Shown one piece after another: positions 48,535 through 56,873 of a stretch of DNA of 64,000 bases. Both the position numbers and the translations under genes were made by a program. The stretch is from Chloroflexota bacterium (GTDB lineage: Bacteria > Chloroflexota > Dehalococcoidia > Lucifugimonadales > Lucifugimonadaceae): positions 8,847 to 72,846 of the forward strand of contig PBDR01000017.1 of the NCBI GenBank assembly GCA_002717385.1, read 5' to 3'. Position 1 is the stretch's first letter, and each line of letters opens with the position of its first letter. Below the pieces are notes generated by a model. It was given only the letters and a program-made list of their open reading frames with translations, was not told where the DNA came from and searched no databases.

Positions 48535-49623
48535 TTATACTTCTACTTTGAGAATTTCACATAATTCAATTTGTTGTTGTTGATCTAATGGATTTACTGA
48601 TAAAACAGAACTGTTTTTTCCAGAAGAATAAAATTTTGATAAGTTTTCCAAAACTTTTTTAAATTCTTGATTAGTTATTCCTATATCATTAGGTCGATAA
48701 CGAACTTTACATACTTCTAACATATTTTCTATTTGATAAGTATCTTCTCCACATGCAAATTCTACTATGACAGCTCCAAGAGCAGCCATTTCACCATGTA
48801 TTAAACCTCCCCTGTTTAAAATGCTTTCAATTGCTTGAGTCATTGCATGCCCTGCACCGGTCATATATTCTGATTTAACCATTCTGTCGTCCCTCTCATG
48901 TATAGAATTCATAATAAATTTAACAGTTTCGTTAGAAAAATCACCTTCATCATCCAAAGTTTCTGGAAATTTTTCAACAAGTGATTCTAAATATTCTCTA
49001 GCAGGACGAATTAATTTTTCATCAACAGGAGGAAAAATTGGATTCTCTCCATCTTTAGAAAAATTGGATAAATATTTCCATTCATTAAAATCTGACCCCA
49101 TACAAAGAACATCACCAATTCCGGCAGAATTTAAATACCAAGGTGATTTAAGTACTAAATCGTAGTCTACTAACACATGTTCAAAATCACAATATGGCCA
49201 CTGATCAACCTGATCAATAGTGTTTCTGCCTTTCCATTTTGCAAACATCCCATGAATTATTGCTCCAGTAGACACAATTGAAGGAACTAATCGTAAAGGT
49301 AAATCTTTTTTTAAAGCAACATATTTTGAAGCATCTAATGCTGTTCCTCCACCAAATCCTACTACTAACTCCGCATCATCCGGCAGAGAATTAGAAACCT
49401 CTTCTAAATGTCCCCAATCTAGCATATTAACAGTACCTATTCCAAGAGGATCGGAACTTAAAAATTCACCAGCATTTTTACCAGAAGTCTTTGTGGTGAT
49501 CATAATATAGGGAGGCCATTTTTCACTTTCAGACTTAATCAGTCCTGTCCCATACTTAATTTCAACTTCTCTTGCGGGTCTAAAATTAGTACCATTAATC
49601 CAACTTCTACCTAATTCTGTCAT
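48535..49623 (-). CDS. Iron-containing alcohol dehydrogenase-like (glycerol / glycerol-1-phosphate dehydrogenase-like, DHQS-like fold)
   Basis: GFGGGTALDASKYVA, SAGIGDVL, GAGHAMTQ, LIHGEMAALG (putative D/H/H metal triad). Confidence 0.65.
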   Translation of the reverse strand: MTELGRSWINGTNFRPAREVEIKYGTGLIKSESEKWPPYIMITTKTSGKNAGEFLSSDPLGIGTVNMLDWGHLEEVSNSLPDDAELVVGFGGGTALDASKYVALKKDLPLRLVPSIVSTGAIIHGMFAKWKGRNTIDQVDQWPYCDFEHVLVDYDLVLKSPWYLNSAGIGDVLCMGSDFNEWKYLSNFSKDGENPIFPPVDEKLIRPAREYLESLVEKFPETLDDEGDFSNETVKFIMNSIHERDDRMVKSEYMTGAGHAMTQAIESILNRGGLIHGEMAALGAVIVEFACGEDTYQIENMLEVCKVRYRPNDIGITNQEFKKVLENLSKFYSSGKNSSVLSVNPLDQQQQIELCEILKVEV

Positions 49624-49661
49624 TTCATTCGTCCTTATCTACTATCATATCTAATATATCA

Positions 49662-50516
49662 TTATATTTGTCTTAGTCTAGGATCATAATAATCTCTCAA
49701 CCAATCACCTAAAAAATTAAATGCGAAAACTGTTAAAAATATAGCCATTCCTGGCATCACAGCGATCCACCAAGCGTTTGCAAGAAATTGTCTGCCATCT
49801 GCAACCATAGTTCCCCAAGCAGGTTGTGGAGCTGGTATTCCTACCCCTAAATAACTTAAAACTGATTCTGTAAGTATTAAGCTTCCTACTTGCAAAGTCG
49901 CTAACACAATAACTATATTAACCAATCCAGGAAGAATATGACGAAAACCTATCCTGAAAGGACCTGCTCCAGCTATTCTTGCAGCAGCAACATAATCAGT
50001 ATCTTTGAGCTGTAAAGTTAATCCACGGGTCTGCCTAGCGAATGGGGGCCAACTAAAAATTATAAGAAGGATAAGTAATAAACTTAGACTACTACCAAAT
50101 ACGACTGTAGCTACCATTGCCACTAATAGGAATGGTATAGCGTAGGTCATATCTACCAAACGCATGATTATCTCATCCCATACCCCACCTTTATAACCAG
50201 CTACAATTCCAGCGAAAGTACCTATAGTTCCTCCAGATATAAGGACTGCTCCTGCAACCATCAGAGAAATACGTGAACCATAAATTATTCTACTTAACAA
50301 ATCTCTACCAATAAAATCCCCGCCAAGCAAATATTCTAGTGTACCGCCTTCTAACCAAAAAGGAGGCTGTTTTATTTTAGAAAGATCAGAATATAGTGGA
50401 TCATTAGGGGAAACAAACTGAGCAAAAAGTGCGATAAAAATCAACAAAATTATTATAAGTACAGGTAATATCGGATATCTTCTTATAAATGTATATGTAT
50501 CGGTAAATTTTTTCAT
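49662..50516 (-). CDS. ABC transporter permease (DppC/OppC type)
   Basis: 284 aa, 6 TM, EAA-like loop AARIAGAGPFRIGFRHILP. Confidence 0.85.
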   Translation of the reverse strand: MKKFTDTYTFIRRYPILPVLIIILLIFIALFAQFVSPNDPLYSDLSKIKQPPFWLEGGTLEYLLGGDFIGRDLLSRIIYGSRISLMVAGAVLISGGTIGTFAGIVAGYKGGVWDEIIMRLVDMTYAIPFLLVAMVATVVFGSSLSLLLILLIIFSWPPFARQTRGLTLQLKDTDYVAAARIAGAGPFRIGFRHILPGLVNIVIVLATLQVGSLILTESVLSYLGVGIPAPQPAWGTMVADGRQFLANAWWIAVMPGMAIFLTVFAFNFLGDWLRDYYDPRLRQI

Positions 50517-50521
50517 AATTT

Positions 50522-51448
50522 TTATTTAAATATTCGAATTCTTGGATCTATAACAGCATACAAAATATCAGCCATTAAACTACTCAACAAAAATATCCCT
50601 GAAAATATAACTGCAAGACCGGTAACAAGAGGAAAATCGTTATGTCTTGTTGCTTCAACCAATAATCTTCCCAGCCCTGGCCATGCGAATACGGTTTCAA
50701 CGACCACCGTACCAGTAATAAAACTAGCAAATAAAACTGCAGCAACAGTTAGAGGAGCAATTAAAGCATTTCTAAATGCATGTTTCAATATAACTTTAAC
50801 ATTGGTCACCCCTTTGGCACGTGCGAGTTTTACGTATTCACTATCAAGAACCTCCAATAAAGCAGATCGTGTTATTCTTGCTATTCCAGCAGAAGCAAGC
50901 CATGCCAAAGTTGCTACGGGTAAAATATAATTACTCCAACCACCTGTTCTAGAAGTAGGTACCCAATCTAAATGCACAGCAAAAAAGTAAATCAACAAAA
51001 TAGCTATCCAAAATGGTGGTGCAGCTTGACCAATTAAAGCAAAACCTCGAATAAAAAGATCAAAAAAGTTTCCTCGATTTACAGCTGATAAGATTCCTAA
51101 TGAAAGGCCTAAAAAAATTGCCATAATATATGATACTGAAGAGAGTTTTAAAGTAGCTGGGGCTCTTTCAATAATAACATCCAATGAATTTCTTTTATGC
51201 CAAACAGAATCTCCGAAATTACCTTGTGCTGCCCTTCCCGCCCAAAGTAAATATTGAACCATAAAAGGCTTATCTAATCCTAGATCTTTACCTCTAGCAT
51301 CCCACGCCTCTTGTGACCATCTACTTCCTGGAGTCATATAAAGTAAGCGAGGGTCACCAGACATTCTTGAAAGTCCAAAGACTATAAATGTCACTCCCAT
51401 CATCACTATAATTATATAAATCAGTCTGAAAAACAGAAATCTAGCCAT
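50522..51448 (-). CDS. ABC transporter permease (DppB/OppB type)
   Basis: 308 aa, with YVKLARAKGVTNVKVILKHAFRNALIP-type EAA loop. Confidence 0.85.
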   Translation of the reverse strand: MARFLFFRLIYIIIVMMGVTFIVFGLSRMSGDPRLLYMTPGSRWSQEAWDARGKDLGLDKPFMVQYLLWAGRAAQGNFGDSVWHKRNSLDVIIERAPATLKLSSVSYIMAIFLGLSLGILSAVNRGNFFDLFIRGFALIGQAAPPFWIAILLIYFFAVHLDWVPTSRTGGWSNYILPVATLAWLASAGIARITRSALLEVLDSEYVKLARAKGVTNVKVILKHAFRNALIAPLTVAAVLFASFITGTVVVETVFAWPGLGRLLVEATRHNDFPLVTGLAVIFSGIFLLSSLMADILYAVIDPRIRIFK

Positions 51449-51474
51449 TAATAAAAAACCCCTCCATAGTTTTT

Positions 51475-51518
51475 AAAAAATACTTGACCGTAACCATTAA
51501 TTTGGTCACGGTCAAGTA
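51475..51518 (-). terminator. Intercistronic intrinsic-terminator-like hairpin (SBP | permease)
   Basis: 16-bp stem at 51481-51496 / 51503-51518 with loop ttaatt. The one mispair is A.C on the plus strand but a G.U wobble in the minus-strand RNA. In the transcript it is followed by A-UUUUUU. It has 8 G/C pairs in an AT-rich context. Confidence 0.65.
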
Positions 51519-51540
51519 TATAAGTAATTAGAGTATCTAT

Positions 51541-53466
51541 TTACTTAAGAGTTATTGACTCTGGTCTATTTGGTAAAACATCCTGTGAGTTATAAGGAGA
51601 CCAACTAGCAATGTCAGGACTTACTACAAACAAGTTCGCAGATGCCTGGAACATTGGAACGAATAACATTTGTTCAGACAAGTAATCTTGTACTTCAATA
51701 TTATTTGCTATCCTCTTCTGTAAAGAAGTTTCAGTCGCATTAGAAAGACCAATATCACAATACTTTTGTTCCATTGTAAATACAACTATGTGACCACCAG
51801 CAGCACATATATATCGTGCTGAAGTAGCACCAGGTATCCAGTTAATACCATGGGTAAATGGAACATTAATTGTTTTATCTACCGTCTGAGGTCTTCTTAT
51901 GCCATATTCGGTCGCATCAATAGTTCCTTGCATTTTCAATTCTTGTCTCCACATCTCCACAACAGCTTGAGCTGCTGCAACAGTACCTGGAGCAAAATTA
52001 GCAGGAATCCATATCTCATAATCAAAACCATCAGCATATCCAGCCTCAGCCATATATTCTCGAGCTTTATCAGGATCATATGGAATTACCCATTCATCTT
52101 TATGTGATGGGTCGCTTGGCAAAATATTCTGCCACGCGTGTATTACTCTTCCATTACCTTCAAGTATATTTTCTATAATTGACTCTTTATTAATTGCCAT
52201 AGCCATTGCCCAACGAACTTTACGTGCATTTTCCATTGAAGCAGCATCAGAAAGATCTCCTACCCAAGGGAATCCTTTTTCCAAAGCTTCATCATAGCCT
52301 GGTCGAGGCATAACTCCACCTTCACATCCTGGACAATCTGTACTCCAGTAATTACCAGCCATCTGAAAACCTTGTGGACGAGCGATACCTATTTCTTGAA
52401 TGCTCCCACCTATAGCTTCAACAGTTCCTGCAATTATCTGTGGAGAAAGTTCAGCAATATGAACCTCTCCAGCTCTCAAAGCTGCATCTCGGGTAGCTTC
52501 TTCAGGCATAGCAACAATCTCTACGTTCCCTACTGTAGCATCAGTACCAGACCAATGGTTTTTAACAGCTTGTAACGAAACTTTATCTTCACCTTTCCAT
52601 TCTGTAGCCATATATCTTCCAGTTCCAATAGCTACTTCAGCAAATCCTTCTGGACCAAGTTCAGAATAAGCATCCTGGTTAGTAATTACAATTCCACTAA
52701 AGCTCGCATTACCTTGTAACCAAGACCATGTTGGATCAAATCCACCTGCTTCAATGTGTTGTATTACTTCCATTGGACCAGAAACGCTGAATCCAGATTT
52801 CATTTCGGAGCCTATTTCTTCAGCTCCATTATTCACAGAGTCTAGAGCAAAAGCTTGATTATAACTCCAAGCAACATCATTCGCATCCACATATCCCCAG
52901 TTACCACCATTTGAGTGCCAAGGAATATTATTTCTTATAGTGAATGTAATAGCTGTAAAATCTTCATTGATTTCCCAAAAAGAAGCAATCCCTCCATCAT
53001 CTGGGGAATAGCCAGTATGATCTTGAGGTGGTGGTGCAGGAGGAGAATTATGAGGAGCTCTTACAAGAGTTTCATAAACTGAAAAGTCTTTTCCAATTCC
53101 ACCTACAGCACTAATATCACGCCTTTGATCCTGTATCAAAGGTGCAATTCCACCTAGAGCAATTGTAATAGATCCTGATCCAGTTGGTTCAGTAGTCACT
53201 ACGCCAGATGTATCAGGTTCTGCAACTACAATTTTTTCAGAAACTACCTCTTTAATTTTTTCCTGAATTACAACTTTTTCAGTTTCTACAGGTACTTCAA
53301 CCGTCTTAATTTTTTCCTGAACTACAATCTTCTCTACCGGAACTTCCTTGATGATAGTTTGTACTTCACCATCGGAACAAGCGGTTAAGATAAATGCTAA
53401 GGAAAAAGAAAAGGTTAGAAGTGCAAAATAAAACTTCTTCCCTAAAAATGAATTTCCCATACCCAT
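51541..53466 (-). CDS. ABC transporter substrate-binding lipoprotein, family 5 (peptide/opine/nickel type)
   Basis: Lipobox LTAC and a large SBP_bac_5-like body. I prefer the ATG at 53466 (AAGGAG 5 nt upstream) over the track start at 53481. Confidence 0.8.
   Translation of the reverse strand: MGMGNSFLGKKFYFALLTFSFSLAFILTACSDGEVQTIIKEVPVEKIVVQEKIKTVEVPVETEKVVIQEKIKEVVSEKIVVAEPDTSGVVTTEPTGSGSITIALGGIAPLIQDQRRDISAVGGIGKDFSVYETLVRAPHNSPPAPPPQDHTGYSPDDGGIASFWEINEDFTAITFTIRNNIPWHSNGGNWGYVDANDVAWSYNQAFALDSVNNGAEEIGSEMKSGFSVSGPMEVIQHIEAGGFDPTWSWLQGNASFSGIVITNQDAYSELGPEGFAEVAIGTGRYMATEWKGEDKVSLQAVKNHWSGTDATVGNVEIVAMPEEATRDAALRAGEVHIAELSPQIIAGTVEAIGGSIQEIGIARPQGFQMAGNYWSTDCPGCEGGVMPRPGYDEALEKGFPWVGDLSDAASMENARKVRWAMAMAINKESIIENILEGNGRVIHAWQNILPSDPSHKDEWVIPYDPDKAREYMAEAGYADGFDYEIWIPANFAPGTVAAAQAVVEMWRQELKMQGTIDATEYGIRRPQTVDKTINVPFTHGINWIPGATSARYICAAGGHIVVFTMEQKYCDIGLSNATETSLQKRIANNIEVQDYLSEQMLFVPMFQASANLFVVSPDIASWSPYNSQDVLPNRPESITLK
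53218..53349 (-). repeat. In-frame E/K/V/I-rich tandem repeat linker of the SBP
   Basis: Peptide KEVPVEKIVVQEKIKTVEVPVETEKVVIQEKIKEVVSEKIVVAE. 22-nt direct repeat ttaattttttcctgaa[t/c]tacaa at 53252-53273 and 53306-53327 (21/22 identical, 54 nt apart). Confidence 0.6.
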
Positions 53467-53640
53467 CACTACTCCTTTCATTAAATATATATTTAAGCGA
53501 CCTAACTTATGGAGGATCGATTGCGATATCCGTAATCATAAACCCATAAAATACGCTATTTGAAACATATAATAAAGAATATTTGAAATATGTCAATAAA
53601 TTCAGGTAAAATTATACTTGATTTAACGACAATTTAAATT

Positions 53641-53716
53641 TGGTGGGCCCTGCTGGACTCGAACCAGCGACCGGACGGTTATGAGCCGTCTGCTCTGACC
53701 ACTGAGCTAAGGGCCC
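53641..53716 (-). tRNA. tRNA with CAT anticodon (elongator Met or lysidine-modified Ile2), CCA encoded
   Basis: Full cloverleaf by hand: acceptor GGGCCCU/AGGGCCC, D arm AGCUC-AGUGGUCA-GAGC, anticodon stem GACGG/CCGUC with loop CUCAUAA, T arm GCUGG-UUCGAGU-CCAGC, then A-CCA. Confidence 0.9.
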
Positions 53717-53957
53717 GTGTTAAACTATGATAATATTATCTCATCTGATTTTGCTTTCGTATACAGAGAAAATTTAATCATTTTAAAATAACAATTTTAT
53801 ATCCTTACTTTATGTATTAGTTTAGTTTAATGTTTATTTAAGATAATAGATAAGATAATAGAAAAAAATGTAACAGATTTTATGTTCGTAAGGCTAACCT
53901 CTAATAAAAATTACTAATTACTAAAAGTAAAAGAAAATCAATCATTCGGAGATATCA

Positions 53958-55064
53958 ATGATAAAAATCACTGACCTAAATCTTAAAATGTACAAATGGC
54001 CTAGATCAAAGCCTATAACAAATGGTCTTTATACTTATACTCATAATTTACTAAGTATAGTGGTCATTGAAACTGATGACCCAAATATCACCGGAATAGG
54101 AATATCCGGAAATTTAGAAGTTACTCCGCAAGTTGGAAAACATATGTGTGACCACTTCAAAAAGGTTTTAATCAATCTTGACCCTCTAGACAATGAAAAA
54201 ATTTGGAGAGAAATGTGGAGACCAAAACTTGTTGGAAGACGAGGCATTTCTACAAGAATAATTTCAGGAATAGATATAGCTCTTTGGGACATAAAGGCAA
54301 AAATTGCTAACATGCCTCTATACAAACTATTAGGTGGATTTACTAATATGGTAGATGCTTATATAGCTGGCGGATATTATGAAGAAGGAAAAGGTTTGGA
54401 TGAATTATCTGAAGAAATGAGAGAAAATGTAAGTTTAGGGGCAAAAGCAGTAAAAATCAAAGTCGGTGCCTTATCAATAAATGAAGATATTGAAAGAGTA
54501 AAAATATGCAGGGAAGCAATCGGACCTGATGTAAAATTAATGGTGGACGCTAATAACGCATACAAACACTATGAGGCAATTGAGTTTGCTAGAAAAGCCG
54601 AAAAATATGATTTATTTTGGTTTGAAGAACCTGTAGAGCCTGATGATTATATCGGGCAAAGAGAAATTACCAGATCCACCTCAATACCAATAGCAGCAGG
54701 AGAAAATGAATATACAAGATATGGATTTAGAGATATGATCAACCATCGTGCAGTTGATATTTTACAACCTGATGCATTGATAATGGGAGGAGTTACTGAA
54801 TTTATGAAAGTGGTTGCTCTCGCACAAGCTAATGATCTAGATATCGCACCGCATGGTGCACAAGAAATACATATACATCTTGTAACAGCTATATCTAATG
54901 GTATTATCCTTGAATATTACCGTGATACAGTAAACTCAATGTATGGGAAAATATGGGAAAATGAGTTGGAAATAAAAAACGGTCAAGTATATGCTCCTGA
55001 TAGACCTGGAATTGGATTAGTTCCAAAATGGGATAAACTCGAACCTTATTCAATAGAAACATAG
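53958..55064 (+). CDS. Enolase-superfamily enzyme, mandelate-racemase subgroup (acid-sugar dehydratase-like)
   Basis: 368 aa. ISGIDIALWDIKAK, KxK motif AVKIKVG, MVDANNAY, WFEEP, AAGENE, APHGAQ. Confidence 0.8.
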   Translation: MIKITDLNLKMYKWPRSKPITNGLYTYTHNLLSIVVIETDDPNITGIGISGNLEVTPQVGKHMCDHFKKVLINLDPLDNEKIWREMWRPKLVGRRGISTRIISGIDIALWDIKAKIANMPLYKLLGGFTNMVDAYIAGGYYEEGKGLDELSEEMRENVSLGAKAVKIKVGALSINEDIERVKICREAIGPDVKLMVDANNAYKHYEAIEFARKAEKYDLFWFEEPVEPDDYIGQREITRSTSIPIAAGENEYTRYGFRDMINHRAVDILQPDALIMGGVTEFMKVVALAQANDLDIAPHGAQEIHIHLVTAISNGIILEYYRDTVNSMYGKIWENELEIKNGQVYAPDRPGIGLVPKWDKLEPYSIET

Positions 55065-55067
55065 ATT

Positions 55068-56195
55068 ATGGAATCAGTATATAAAGCAGCAAAAAAAGAG
55101 TTGAATTCTGAAAAACAAATGGTTATTACCACAGTAGTGAAAACATCAGGTTCTACACCACAAAAATCTGGAGCAAGACTATTGGTAAAATCAGACGGAT
55201 CAGCAATAGGAACGTTAGGAGGAGGTTGCGTTGAAGGTGACATATGGTTTGCCTCAAGTGAAATACTCAAACAAGGCCTACCTGCTGAAATGAGAAGTTA
55301 TGAATTGAATGAAGATCTAGCCGCGAAAGATGGGCTAGTGTGTGGAGGAACAATGTATTTCCTTATAGACCCAATTAGAGAAAAAACTTCTAATGCCGAA
55401 ACAATTATTGGTGAAATAATTCAAGCATATGATGGTGGAAAACCAGTTGCGCTTGCTCAATTAATAAAATCTAACAAAAAATATGACAAAATCGGGGAAT
55501 CTTTATTGATCAGAGAAAATGGGTCAATAATCGGATCACTAGGATCAAATTCATTGAACTCTGACGCTATATCAAAATCAAGAAATCTTCTTGCTCTAGG
55601 AAAAAATGAATATGTTAAAAAAGATGGTAGAGAATATTATATCGAAGCATATACAACACAACCAAATCTAGTTTTGGCTGGTGGTGGACATATTTCTAAC
55701 GCCATTGCTCCAATCGCAAAAACTTTAGGTTTTAAAGTCTTTGTCATTGATGACAGACAAGAATTTTCAAATAGTGAACGTTTCCCTGATGCAGATAAAA
55801 CATTAGTAGCAGATTACCCGGAGGGGATTAAAAAGCTCGTCCCAAATGCAAACACCTTTGTAGTTGTAGCTACCAGAGGGCACCGTCATGACGATGATGC
55901 TATAGCGGCTGCATTAGAAACTGATGCAAGTTATATAGGTTTAGTCGGATCTAAAAGAAAAGCAATTCTAATTTTCGAACAACTTATTTCTAAAGGATTT
56001 ACAGAAAAACAAATAAAAGAAATTAGATCCCCCATCGGTATTAACATTGGAGCAAGAACACCTGAAGAAATTGCTATTTCTATTGTTTCAGAAATACTTT
56101 CTTTCCGTTTGGGGGGAACAGAATCTTCTATGAAATTGGAAGAAAAAATATTACATAAAGCCATGAACAAAGGTAAACTTTCTAGAATCAAATAA
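55068..56195 (+). CDS. XdhC/CoxI-family molybdoenzyme maturation protein
   Basis: TVVKTSGSTPQKSGARLLV..GTLGGGCVEGD N-domain plus Rossmann-like LVLAGGGHISNAIAPIAKTLGFKVFVIDDR. Starts 3 nt after the enolase gene. Confidence 0.8.
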   Translation: MESVYKAAKKELNSEKQMVITTVVKTSGSTPQKSGARLLVKSDGSAIGTLGGGCVEGDIWFASSEILKQGLPAEMRSYELNEDLAAKDGLVCGGTMYFLIDPIREKTSNAETIIGEIIQAYDGGKPVALAQLIKSNKKYDKIGESLLIRENGSIIGSLGSNSLNSDAISKSRNLLALGKNEYVKKDGREYYIEAYTTQPNLVLAGGGHISNAIAPIAKTLGFKVFVIDDRQEFSNSERFPDADKTLVADYPEGIKKLVPNANTFVVVATRGHRHDDDAIAAALETDASYIGLVGSKRKAILIFEQLISKGFTEKQIKEIRSPIGINIGARTPEEIAISIVSEILSFRLGGTESSMKLEEKILHKAMNKGKLSRIK

Positions 56196-56229
56196 CCATT
56201 AAATAGTAATCAATTCCAATCAAAAATAA

Positions 56230-56853
56230 TTGAAAATTTCAAAAAAAATAATCTGGGGAATTATTCTAACAGGTGGAAAATCTAAAAGAATGGGAACCCC
56301 TAAATCTCTCCTTAAATGGGGTGAGTCAACTTTAATTGAATATCAAATTAATTCATTAATTAAAGCAGAATGTGATCAAATTTTGATCATCACGGGTAAA
56401 CATCATTCTGAAATTAGTAAAAATTTAAATTTGAGCCATAAATCAAAAATAATTTATAACGAAAATCATAATAAAGGAAAAAGTACTTCAATTAGGAAAG
56501 GTATTGAATGTTTACCAAAAGACATATATGCAGTAATAATTTTAGCCGTGGATCAACCAAGACCCCACTGGTTAATATCAAAAATGATTAGAGATCATAT
56601 TAAATGTGATTCTTTACTTACTTCACCAATCAACAATAATGGTGGAGGACATCCGCTGATTTTCAGTTACAAACTAATAAATGAATTGGAAAAAATCAAT
56701 GAAAAAACTTTAGGATTACGAAAAATTTTCAATATTCATAAAAAAGATATATTTAAAGTTAATTTCAATTCAAATATTATTCGTGTAGATATAAATAATC
56801 CTGATGACTATACAAAAGCTCTAGATTACTATAAATATATGGCAAAAAGCTAA
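56230..56853 (+). CDS. MobA/MocA-like molybdenum-cofactor nucleotidyltransferase
   Basis: TTG start. GIILTGGKSKRMGTPKSLL, AVDQP. Confidence 0.75.
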   Translation: MKISKKIIWGIILTGGKSKRMGTPKSLLKWGESTLIEYQINSLIKAECDQILIITGKHHSEISKNLNLSHKSKIIYNENHNKGKSTSIRKGIECLPKDIYAVIILAVDQPRPHWLISKMIRDHIKCDSLLTSPINNNGGGHPLIFSYKLINELEKINEKTLGLRKIFNIHKKDIFKVNFNSNIIRVDINNPDDYTKALDYYKYMAKS

Positions 56854-56873
56854 TCTATCCATAATTTCAGAAA

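Noticed and set aside
49662-53716. Possible tRNA-linked genomic island carrying the ABC importer (locally higher GC)
   Set aside because: My spot counts gave about 42-48% GC in the SBP and permease genes against about 30-33% in nuo and hypothetical genes. Other conserved enzyme genes here (sdhA, enolase, M24) also reach about 40%. There is no integrase, no direct repeat of the tRNA 3' end and no mobile-element gene. A computed GC / tetranucleotide / codon-usage scan would be needed to revive the idea.
53841-53862. Direct repeat agataataga-ta-agataataga about 100 nt upstream of the third enolase gene
   Set aside because: It is a low-complexity A/T-rich repeat in a 240-nt spacer. It is indistinguishable from compositional noise without comparative data.
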